From Oscillospiraceae bacterium (GTDB lineage: Bacteria; Bacillota; Clostridia; Oscillospirales; Oscillospiraceae): 64,000 bases of DNA. Below the pieces are notes generated by a model. The model did no database searches. It was not told where the DNA came from and saw only the letters and a list, made by a program, of their open reading frames with translations. The stretch's first letter is position 1, and each line of letters starts with the position of its first letter. The stretch spans positions 27,176 to 91,175 of the forward strand of contig JAFWRM010000053.1 in the NCBI GenBank assembly GCA_017519975.1. Reading direction: 5' to 3'. The position numbers and the translations under genes are program-made. Positions 44,416 through 52,694 of this stretch are shown piece by piece.

Positions 44416-45840
44416 TTATTTCCGGTCCTCCGGTTCTCCGAACAGCGCCCAGGTGGTGCTGTCCGTGATCTTCACATTCAGAAAACGTCCGACGGGCAGT
44501 TCGCCCGGTATCCTCACCAGCCGGCCGCCGTCCGTGCGGGCGGTGGTCTCGGGGAGGCCCGCTCTGCTCAGCCCCGTCCCGTCCGTCAGCACTCTCAGAA
44601 CACGTCCAACGTATTCCCGGTGCTTTTCCGCGGAGATGCGGTTCTGCGTTTCCAGCAGACGGTCAAACCGCGCCTGCTTCTGCTCCCTCGTAAACGGGTC
44701 GTCCATTCCGGCGGCCGGAGTCCCCGGGCGCGGAGAATAGATGAACGTGAAAAGGGCGTCGAAACGCACCTGCTCCAGCAGGCTCAGCGTATCTTCGAAT
44801 TCCTCCTCCGTCTCCCCCGGGAATCCCACGATGATGTCGCTGGTGAGCACCAGGTCGGGCATCAGGTTCCTGGCCAGCGAGACCCGGTCCAGATAATCCT
44901 GTCTCGTATATCCCCGGTTCATGGCCTTCAGGACCCGGTCGTTCCCCGCCTGGAACGGAAGATGGATCACCCGGGCTACCTTTTCGCATTCCGCCATCGC
45001 GCGAAACAGCTTTTCCGAGGCGTCCTTGGGATGGCTGGTCATGAATCGGATGACGAAATCCCCGGGCAGATCGTTGATCCTGCGCAGCAGATCGGCAAAA
45101 TCCACGGGCTCATCCAGATCCCTGCCGTAGGAATTCACGTTCTGCCCCAGCAGCGTAATGTCCCTGCGTCCGTCAGCAATGATCTGCCGGGCTTCCTCCA
45201 GGACCTCCTCCGGCCGGCGGCTGCGCTCCCGTCCCCTCACGTAGGGTACGATGCAGTAGGTGCAGAAATTATTGCAGCCGTGCATGATGGAGAGCCACGC
45301 CTTTACGCCGTCCTTCCGGCGCACCGGCAGCCCTTCCGCTATGGAACCGGGCTCGTCGGGGACCTCAAACACGCGTTTTCCTCCAGACAACCGGCGTTCC
45401 AGCAGTTCCGGAAAGCGCCACATCACCTGCGGTCCGAACACAAGGTCCACATAGGGATAGGAACGTCGGATGCGCTCCGCCATGCCCGGCGCCTGCGCCA
45501 TGCATCCGCAGACCGCGATCATCTGATCCCGGTTGGCCTTCTTCGTATGGCTCAGGGCTCCGACGTTGCCCAGGACGCGCATTTCCGCGTGTTCCCGGAC
45601 GGCGCAGGTATTCACTACCACCACGTCCGCCTCGGCCTCGTTGTCCGTGAAGCCGAACCCCATCTCCGCCAGCATGCCCCGGAGCCGTTCGCTGTCCGCC
45701 TCGTTCTGCTGACATCCGTAGGTATCCACCAGAGCCAGGGGAACATGGGGCAGAGCCGCAAACCTCTCCCGCAGGCTGCGGCAGATCATCTTCTGCCGCT
45801 GGATCTCCTCCGCCGGTATCTCCGTTCTCTGACTGCTCAT
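44416..45840 (-). CDS. miaB: tRNA-2-methylthio-N6-dimethylallyladenosine synthase
   Basis: UPF0004 domain TYGCQQNEADSE, radical SAM HGCNNFCTYCIVPYVRG, and a C-terminal TRAM domain. The ATG at 45840 follows GGAAGGG. Confidence 0.8.
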   Translation of the reverse strand: MSSQRTEIPAEEIQRQKMICRSLRERFAALPHVPLALVDTYGCQQNEADSERLRGMLAEMGFGFTDNEAEADVVVVNTCAVREHAEMRVLGNVGALSHTKKANRDQMIAVCGCMAQAPGMAERIRRSYPYVDLVFGPQVMWRFPELLERRLSGGKRVFEVPDEPGSIAEGLPVRRKDGVKAWLSIMHGCNNFCTYCIVPYVRGRERSRRPEEVLEEARQIIADGRRDITLLGQNVNSYGRDLDEPVDFADLLRRINDLPGDFVIRFMTSHPKDASEKLFRAMAECEKVARVIHLPFQAGNDRVLKAMNRGYTRQDYLDRVSLARNLMPDLVLTSDIIVGFPGETEEEFEDTLSLLEQVRFDALFTFIYSPRPGTPAAGMDDPFTREQKQARFDRLLETQNRISAEKHREYVGRVLRVLTDGTGLSRAGLPETTARTDGGRLVRIPGELPVGRFLNVKITDSTTWALFGEPEDRK

Positions 45841-45983
45841 ACGCACCCTTCCTGCCGCTGAAACGATATGCATAACGCCGTTGGGATTTTAACATTTTCA
45901 TATGGAACTTTCAACCGGATTCGTGTATAATGTCCGGAGTAATGCAAGAGAGCATCCGTGTGACCGTCTGAAAGGATCTCGCT

Positions 45984-47048
45984 ATGAAAAATCTTGTGAT
46001 CGACCGGCGCGTCATCCGCAACAACATACGCGCCGTGAAGGAAAAGGCCGACGGATCCACCATCTACGCGGACCTTTCCGCCAACGCCTACGGGATGGGT
46101 CTTCTCGAGATGGCCCGCCTGCTGAAGGACGAAGGCATCTGCGACTATATCATCTCCGACGTCCGGGACGCCCGCCAGCTGCGCTCCAACGGGTTTGAAA
46201 AGGAGCGGCTGATGATGCTCCGCTCCACCGCCGATCCGGAGGAGCTGGACGCTCTTCTGGAGCTGGGCGTCATCTGCACGGTCGGTTCCTACGACTCCGC
46301 CGTGGCGCTGAACGGCATCGCCGACAGCCGCGGAGTCATCGCCGACGTCCAGATCAAGATCGACACCGGGCTGGGCCGCTACGGCTTTGATCCGGCCCAG
46401 CTGGACCGGGTGGCCGCCGTCTATAAGTACATGCCCAATCTCCGGATCATCGGCACCTTTACCACCTTCTCCTGTTCCTGGCGCAGCAAGAGGCAGACCA
46501 TGGCCCAGCTGAAGCTGTTCGAAGACGTTCTGGACCGGCTGGAGGCCATGGGCTTCGACGTGGGCATCGCCCACTGCTGCGACAGCGCCGCGCTGTTCCG
46601 CTATGATTTCGGCCGCATGGACGCCGTCCTGATGGATCTCGCGCTGTCCGGCCGGATCCCCGGAAAGGCCATTCCCTCCCTGGCCCGGGTGGGCTACATC
46701 GAGGCCGGGCTGGAAGAGGTCGGATGGTACAGCAAGGGGCACCACATCGGCGCCGAACACGGCATCAACATCCACAAGCCCACCAAGATCGCCGTCCTCT
46801 CCGTCGGGTACTACCACGGCTTCGGCGTTGACCGGCACAAGTCGGAGCGCAGCTTCATCGACCGCATCCGCAGCCGCAGCATCGGGCGTTACGTCCGCGT
46901 GAACAACAAGCGGGCGAAAGTACTCGGGAACATCGGCATGCAGCATACTCTGATCGATGTGACGGACATCGACTGCACCGTGGGCGACGTTGCCTACATG
47001 GACGTCGACCCGGTGAACGTCAAGGGACTTCCCAGAAACTATCAATAG
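45984..47048 (+). CDS. Alanine-racemase-fold protein lacking the PLP-binding lysine
   Basis: It aligns to the Alr N-terminal motif (VVKANAYGHG) as ADLSANAYGMG, with Ser32 (codon 46077-46079) in place of Lys. The GY..G segment (SVGYYHGFG) is retained. TAG stop. Confidence 0.7.
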   Translation: MKNLVIDRRVIRNNIRAVKEKADGSTIYADLSANAYGMGLLEMARLLKDEGICDYIISDVRDARQLRSNGFEKERLMMLRSTADPEELDALLELGVICTVGSYDSAVALNGIADSRGVIADVQIKIDTGLGRYGFDPAQLDRVAAVYKYMPNLRIIGTFTTFSCSWRSKRQTMAQLKLFEDVLDRLEAMGFDVGIAHCCDSAALFRYDFGRMDAVLMDLALSGRIPGKAIPSLARVGYIEAGLEEVGWYSKGHHIGAEHGINIHKPTKIAVLSVGYYHGFGVDRHKSERSFIDRIRSRSIGRYVRVNNKRAKVLGNIGMQHTLIDVTDIDCTVGDVAYMDVDPVNVKGLPRNYQ

Positions 47049-47108
47049 CATCAACATGCGGGTCCTCCCCCGCCGGAGGGCCCGCCAAACTGTTACCGGA
47101 GGCTTTTT

Positions 47109-49046
47109 ATGCCAAACATCATTCAGCTCGACCGCCACACTTCGGATCTGATCGCCGCCGGTGAGGTGGTGGAACGTCCCGCCAGCGTGGTCAAGGAACT
47201 GGTGGAAAACGCCATGGACGCCGGGGCCACTCAGATCACGGTGGAGATCCGTTCCGGCGGCATGGCCTACATCCGCGTCACCGACAATGGCTCCGGCATT
47301 CTTCCCGACGACGTGGAAACGGCTTTTCTCCGTCACGCCACCAGCAAGCTGCGCGACGCGAAGGGGCTGGAAGCCATCTCCACGCTCGGCTTCCGCGGAG
47401 AAGCTCTGGCCGCGATCTCCGCCGTCTCACGAATGGAGGTCATCACCTGCTGCACCGACGACGGCGAAGGCCGCCGGGTGCTGAACGAAGGCGGCCGCAT
47501 TCTTTCCAACGAACCCTTCGGCTGCCCCAAGGGCACAACCATGATCGTGCGGGATCTGTTTTTCAACACGCCCGCCCGCCTCAAGTTCATGAAGACCGAC
47601 CGTGCGGAGGGCTCCGCCGTTACGGGAACGGTGATCCGCGCGGCGCTTTCCGCCCCCTCCGTTTCCGTCAAATACGTTAAGGACGGTTCCACGGAATTCC
47701 ACACGCCCGGTGACGGCCGTCTGGAATCCTGCATCTATGCCCTGTTCGGAAGAGATTTCTTCAACGGGCTCCTGCCCGTTCAGCTGGACGACGGGACCGT
47801 CTCCGTCTCCGGCTACATCTCCCGGCCTTCCCATGTGAAAGGCAACCGCAGCAGTCAGTTCTTTTTCGTCAACGGGCGCATCGTACATTCCCGGACGCTG
47901 CAGGCGGTCCTTGAGCAGGCTTACCGCAACAATCTGTTTACCGGACGCTTCCCGGCCTGCGTGCTTTTCATTCGTCTGGGGTACGGCTCCGTCGACGTAA
48001 ACGTCCATCCCACCAAGCGCGAAGTCCGGTTTTCCAATGAAAAAGCGGTGAACGACGCCGTCTATTACGCTGCCCTCGGAGCGCTGGAACAGACAAGACC
48101 GATCGACCGTCCTTCAAGGGAAGACAGCGCCCCGGCCTCGTCGGCCGCCGCACCTTCCTCCGGGACGCCCCCCTCCCTGACCGCCGTTCCCATGGCGAAA
48201 TCCGGGGCAGCATCCGCGGTCTCCCGTCCCGGCGGCTCCGGCAAAGCCGGCGGCTTTGCTTCCATGAGCAGCGACGAATACCGGAAGCGGATCGGTTCCT
48301 CCGGAGGCTTCCGCAGCGTCGCGGCGGATCGGCCGCGCGCCTCGGAGCTGCCCCTGAAGGAACCTCCCGCCCCGGTAAGGAAGGAGTCTTTTCCTCCGTT
48401 GGAAGCCTCGGAACAGACGGGTCTTGACCTCCCGGATCCGGCGCCGGCCGTGCCTCAGGCTTCCCGTCCCGCCGCTCCGTCCTCTCAGGGCTACCGTGTG
48501 ATCGGAGAAGCCCTGCAGACGTATATTCTGGTGGAACAGGGAGACAGCCTGTGGCTCATTGACAAGCACGCCGCTCACGAGCGCATGCAGTTTGACCGTC
48601 TGAAGGCCCAGGATCGGGAGACCATGGCGCAGCCGCTGCTCCTCCCCGTGATATGCTCCTTCTCGCCGGAGGATACGGAACTTCTGCTGGAGCACGAAAC
48701 GGAACTGGATGAGCTCGGCTTTACCGTGGAAACGTTCGGCCGCGGCCGGCTGGCCGTCCGCCGTCTGCCCTCTCATGTCAGCCAGGACGACGCGGAGACC
48801 GTGCTCAACGAGCTCTGCGCCGTATTCCGCCGGGGCGGCCCGCCGGAGGACAGCCGCACCGACCGCATTCTGGCCACCATGGCCTGCAAATCCGCCGTGA
48901 AGGCCGGCAGCGTCTCCGATCCCGAGGAGCTGGCTCTGATCGCGGATCGTGTGATGTCCGGGGAGATCCGTTATTGCCCGCACGGCCGTCCCGTGGCGGT
49001 GGAAATGAGCCGGGCATCCCTGGATAAAAGCTTCAGAAGAACCTGA
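47109..49046 (+). CDS. mutL: DNA mismatch repair protein MutL
   Basis: N-terminal IAAGEVVERPASVVKELVENAMDAGAT GHKL ATPase motifs, a Pro/Ser-rich linker and a C-terminal dimerisation domain. Confidence 0.9.
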   Translation: MPNIIQLDRHTSDLIAAGEVVERPASVVKELVENAMDAGATQITVEIRSGGMAYIRVTDNGSGILPDDVETAFLRHATSKLRDAKGLEAISTLGFRGEALAAISAVSRMEVITCCTDDGEGRRVLNEGGRILSNEPFGCPKGTTMIVRDLFFNTPARLKFMKTDRAEGSAVTGTVIRAALSAPSVSVKYVKDGSTEFHTPGDGRLESCIYALFGRDFFNGLLPVQLDDGTVSVSGYISRPSHVKGNRSSQFFFVNGRIVHSRTLQAVLEQAYRNNLFTGRFPACVLFIRLGYGSVDVNVHPTKREVRFSNEKAVNDAVYYAALGALEQTRPIDRPSREDSAPASSAAAPSSGTPPSLTAVPMAKSGAASAVSRPGGSGKAGGFASMSSDEYRKRIGSSGGFRSVAADRPRASELPLKEPPAPVRKESFPPLEASEQTGLDLPDPAPAVPQASRPAAPSSQGYRVIGEALQTYILVEQGDSLWLIDKHAAHERMQFDRLKAQDRETMAQPLLLPVICSFSPEDTELLLEHETELDELGFTVETFGRGRLAVRRLPSHVSQDDAETVLNELCAVFRRGGPPEDSRTDRILATMACKSAVKAGSVSDPEELALIADRVMSGEIRYCPHGRPVAVEMSRASLDKSFRRT

Positions 49047-49090
49047 CTGCCGTCAGGCGTGGCCGCTTCGGGCGGCCGGAACGGAGGAAC

Positions 49091-50056
49091 ATGCCCCCAC
49101 TCGTTCTCGTTATCACCGGTCCCACCGCCACGGGCAAGACGGCGGTGGGCGTACGCGTCGCGCAGGAGGTGGGCGGAGAAGTCGTCTCCGCCGACTCCAT
49201 GCAGATCTATCGGCTGATGCGCATCGGCACCGCCCGGCCGACGCCCACGGAGACCTGCGGCGTTCCCCATCATATGATCGGGTGCGTTTCGCCTTTCGAG
49301 CCGTACTCCGCCGCCCGCTATGTGGCGGAGGCCTCCGCCTGCTGCGACGATATCCTCAGCCGCGGAAAAGTGCCTGTGATCGTGGGCGGCACCGGTCTGT
49401 ACATCGACGCGCTCCTGGCCGGCCGGGAATTTGCCCGGGAGGGCTCCCCCGATCTGCGGGACCGTCTGTCCCGGGAATACGACAGCGTCGGAGGGGAGGC
49501 CATGCTGGCGCGGCTGGCCGAGGTGGATCCGGAGACGGCCTCACGCCTGCACGCCAACGACAGGAAACGCATCGTCCGCGCTCTGGAGGTGCACGCGCTG
49601 ACCGGCGTCACCCTCTCCGAGCACGACCGCACCAGCCAACGGATCCCTCCGCGGTATGAGTCGCTGCGCTTCGCCCTCACCTTCGCCCGGCGTCAGGATC
49701 TGTACGACCGCATCGACCGCCGGGTGGACAGGATGATGGCGGAAGGTCTTGCCGACGAGGTCCGCTTCCTTCTCTCACAGGGGCTGACCGCTTCCCATAC
49801 CGCGATGCAGGCCATCGGATACAAGGAACTTGTCCGCGCGCTCGCCGGTGAGATCTCCGGCGAGCAGGCAGCGGAAGACATCAAGCGGGAATCCCGGCGC
49901 TATGCCAAACGGCAGCTCAGCTGGCTGCGGCGGGACGCCGCCCTTCACTGGATCGTCTGGGACGGGCAGCCGGATCCGGACGCAGCAGCCCGGCAGATTG
50001 CCGGTCTGTACCATCACTTTGGAAAGGAGCCGCCATGCAAAGAAGCAACGCGCTGA
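49091..50056 (+). CDS. miaA: tRNA dimethylallyltransferase
   Basis: P-loop ITGPTATGKT, SADSMQIYR and VGGTGLY motifs. Confidence 0.9.
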   Translation: MPPLVLVITGPTATGKTAVGVRVAQEVGGEVVSADSMQIYRLMRIGTARPTPTETCGVPHHMIGCVSPFEPYSAARYVAEASACCDDILSRGKVPVIVGGTGLYIDALLAGREFAREGSPDLRDRLSREYDSVGGEAMLARLAEVDPETASRLHANDRKRIVRALEVHALTGVTLSEHDRTSQRIPPRYESLRFALTFARRQDLYDRIDRRVDRMMAEGLADEVRFLLSQGLTASHTAMQAIGYKELVRALAGEISGEQAAEDIKRESRRYAKRQLSWLRRDAALHWIVWDGQPDPDAAARQIAGLYHHFGKEPPCKEATR

Positions 50057-51198
50057 TCAGGGTCGTATTCTGTCTGTTTCTGGCGGCCATACTGGCCTAT
50101 TTCGGTTTTTACATCTACCGGACCTTCGTCCATCCTCTGAAAACCGTTCAGGCGGTCTCCGCCACGGTTTCCGACGCGGTTTCCGCCGACGGATACATCG
50201 TACGGGAGGAAAAGGTGCTGACCGCATCCGGGGTCGTCTCTCCCGTAGAGGACGGCAAGAAGATCGCCGCACACGGCGTTGTCGCCGTGTGCTATACGAA
50301 TGAGTCCGCTCTGGAGCAGGCGGATCGCATTCTGGCCCTTCAGGAGCGGATCGCCGCCCTTCAGACGGCCCTTGGCGAGACCGAAACGGCAAGCCCCGCC
50401 GCCGTGGTGGCGGACCTTTCCGCAGCCGTGGCGTCCCGCCGGTTCGACCGTCTGGATACGCTGGCCAGTCAGGCCCGCTATGTGCTGTTCGGAACCAGCA
50501 GTTCCGTGGAACAGGCGCAGCAGGAGCTGGAGGAAGCCCGCCGGGAACTGGAGACGCTCCAGTCCATGCAGAGCGGCTATTCTCTGGTGACCGCCGATTC
50601 TCCCGGGCTGTTTTCCAGCGTGGTGGACGGCTATGAGTCCGTCTCGCCTGCGGATCTGGACTCTCTCACTCCCGGCCGGCTGCTCCTCCTGTTCGACGGG
50701 ACGCGCGTCAGGAACGGGTTCGGCAAGCTCATCAGCGGGACCCGCTGGTATTACGCCTGCGTGATGGACTCCGCCCGGGCGGCGGAACTGGCGGAAGGGC
50801 GCAGCGTCACGCTGGAATTCACCGACGGCTACACAAAAACCGTTTCCATGCAGATCGTCAGCGTCAGCTCCGCGGATACGGACGGCAACTGCGCCGCCGT
50901 GTTCGTATGTGACACCGGCCTTGCGGACGTGAGCGCCGTGCGCAGAGCCTCCGCCAATGTGGTATTCTCGCGCAGCACCGGCATTCTGGTGCCGGACGAG
51001 GCCGTGTGCGACCCGGATTCCCGCCCGCACGTTTTCGTGCTTGCCGGGCTTCAGGCGCATGAGGTGGAAGTGGAGATCCTCGTCCGCGGGGAGGACGGCT
51101 TTACGCTGGTCAGCGCCCCGGAGGGCAGCATGCTCAGCGCCGGCGTCACCGTCATCACGACCACGGAGGGACTGAGCGACGGCAAGGTCGTGCGTTGA
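50035..51198 (+). CDS. HlyD/membrane-fusion-like protein with N-terminal TM anchor
   Basis: One TM helix, a coiled-coil segment (EQAQQELEEARRELETLQ) and beta-barrel-like repeats. GGAAAGGAG RBS. It overlaps the miaA end by 22 nt. Confidence 0.45.
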   Translation: MQRSNALIRVVFCLFLAAILAYFGFYIYRTFVHPLKTVQAVSATVSDAVSADGYIVREEKVLTASGVVSPVEDGKKIAAHGVVAVCYTNESALEQADRILALQERIAALQTALGETETASPAAVVADLSAAVASRRFDRLDTLASQARYVLFGTSSSVEQAQQELEEARRELETLQSMQSGYSLVTADSPGLFSSVVDGYESVSPADLDSLTPGRLLLLFDGTRVRNGFGKLISGTRWYYACVMDSARAAELAEGRSVTLEFTDGYTKTVSMQIVSVSSADTDGNCAAVFVCDTGLADVSAVRRASANVVFSRSTGILVPDEAVCDPDSRPHVFVLAGLQAHEVEVEILVRGEDGFTLVSAPEGSMLSAGVTVITTTEGLSDGKVVR

Positions 51199-51237
51199 GA
51201 TCCGACCGCCTTTTTTTCCGTTTTTCCTCACTTGATG

Positions 51238-51286
51238 TTGACAGTTGCCGAAAAAAATACGATAATGTAGAATGTATTGATATAAT
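51238..51286 (+). promoter_or_regulatory. Promoter region of the sepF-divIVA unit (two overlapping candidates)
   Basis: TTGACA (51238-51243), 17 nt, GATAAT (51261-51266). A second extended -10, TGATATAAT, ends at 51286. Confidence 0.5.
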
Positions 51287-51349
51287 ATCCGCCGTACCGC
51301 GGCGGGTCATCCCATAGATGAAAATTGAAATCTGCAGGAGGCATCTACC

Positions 51350-51817
51350 ATGGGTTTTTTAGATGAAATCAAAAAACTGGCGCGTCCGTACGATGACGAC
51401 GAAGAGGAATTTGACGATTTTTCCGCCAAGGCGCCCGAACAGATCCCGGTAACTCCAAAGACCCCGCGGCAGGCCAGAAGTTCCTACGGCGGTTTTGAGG
51501 AAAAGAGGGACAGCAACAAGGTCGTCAACATCCACGCGACCGCCGCTCTCAAGGTAGTCCTCGTCAAGCCCGAGAAATTCGAGAACGCGGCGGACATCGC
51601 CGACCATCTCCGCGAAAAGCGTACCGTGGTCCTCAATCTGGAAGAGACCAACAAGGATATCGCGCGCCGGCTGATTGATTTCCTCAGCGGCGTCGCCTAC
51701 GCTCAGGAAGGCAAGATCAAGAAGGTCGCCGTCAACACCTACATCATCACGCCCTATAACGTGGACCTGATGGGCGACCTGATCGACGAGCTGGAAAGCA
51801 ACGGGCTGTATTTCTAA
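51350..51817 (+). CDS. sepF: Cell division protein SepF
   Basis: 155 aa. The C-terminal core VVLVKPEKFENAADIADHLREKRTVVLNLE...ARRLIDFLSGVAYA is typical of SepF. Confidence 0.85.
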   Translation: MGFLDEIKKLARPYDDDEEEFDDFSAKAPEQIPVTPKTPRQARSSYGGFEEKRDSNKVVNIHATAALKVVLVKPEKFENAADIADHLREKRTVVLNLEETNKDIARRLIDFLSGVAYAQEGKIKKVAVNTYIITPYNVDLMGDLIDELESNGLYF

Positions 51818-51834
51818 AGAAAGGTTGATGCATT

Positions 51835-52608
51835 ATGCTTACCCCTCAGGAGATTTCCGAAAAAGAATTTGTAAAGGCGGTTTTCGGCGGTTATGACATG
51901 GCCGTCGTCGACGAATTTCTGGAGCAGCTGACCGGAGACTACAGTTCTCTTTATAAGGAAAACGCCATCCTGAAGAGCAAGATCAAGGTCCTTGTGGAGA
52001 AGGTAGAGGAATACCGTTCCACTGAGGACGCCATGCGCATGGCGCTGCTCACCGCTCAGAAGATGGGCGACAACATGGTGAAGGAAGCCAAGGAAAAAAG
52101 CGAGGCCATGATCTCGGAAGCTACCGCGGAGGCGGAGCAGCGTCTGGCCGACATTTCCCACCAGGTGAAGGAGGAGGAAGCCCGTCTCAAAGTAGCGAAG
52201 GAAGCCACCTCCGCCTACACGCGGGAAGCCGCGGCCCTGACGGAAAAGATCGGCAGCTTCCTGGCCGCGGTCCCCACGCTGGAAATGGAAAAACGCGCCC
52301 GCGCGCCGAAAGAGGAGCCCACCCCTGAAGAGAAGCGTGAGGAAGCCATCATGGACGCCGTTCATGATATTGACGGTGCCGTATCCAAGCTCACCGAGGA
52401 GGAGATCCCCGCGGAGCCGGCTGCGGAGCCGGCGGCAGAACCCGTTCCTGCCGAGGAGCCCGCTTCCGAGCCGGAGATTCCCGCGGAGCCCGAGCCGGCC
52501 GCTCCTCCGAAGCCCAGGTACGACGACGAGGGCGAATACACCATCCGTCCCAAGTTCGATTTCGACAATCTGCGGTTTGGAACCAACATGAACGGTGAGG
52601 ACGACTGA
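51835..52608 (+). CDS. divIVA: DivIVA-domain protein
   Basis: N-terminal LTPQEISEKEFVKAVFGGYDMAVVDEFLEQL and a coiled coil, with a Pro/Glu/Ala-rich tail. Confidence 0.8.
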   Translation: MLTPQEISEKEFVKAVFGGYDMAVVDEFLEQLTGDYSSLYKENAILKSKIKVLVEKVEEYRSTEDAMRMALLTAQKMGDNMVKEAKEKSEAMISEATAEAEQRLADISHQVKEEEARLKVAKEATSAYTREAAALTEKIGSFLAAVPTLEMEKRARAPKEEPTPEEKREEAIMDAVHDIDGAVSKLTEEEIPAEPAAEPAAEPVPAEEPASEPEIPAEPEPAAPPKPRYDDEGEYTIRPKFDFDNLRFGTNMNGEDD

Positions 52609-52633
52609 TCCATCACGAGACTGACACGTACGG

Positions 52634-52659
52634 AAAGCGCCGCTCCTGCGGCGCTTTTT
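52634..52659 (+). terminator. Rho-independent terminator after divIVA
   Basis: AAAGCGCCGC-TCCT-GCGGCGCTTT with a run of five T. Confidence 0.7.
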
Positions 52660-52694
52660 CGGGCAAAGAACCTACCAATGAAGGAGAAAGCCAC

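Noticed and set aside
52609-52694. Searched for a T-box leader upstream of ileS, which is common in Firmicutes.
   Set aside because: The gap is only 86 nt and consists essentially of the divIVA terminator hairpin. No specifier-loop or T-box (..GGTGGTACCGCG..) sequence is visible.
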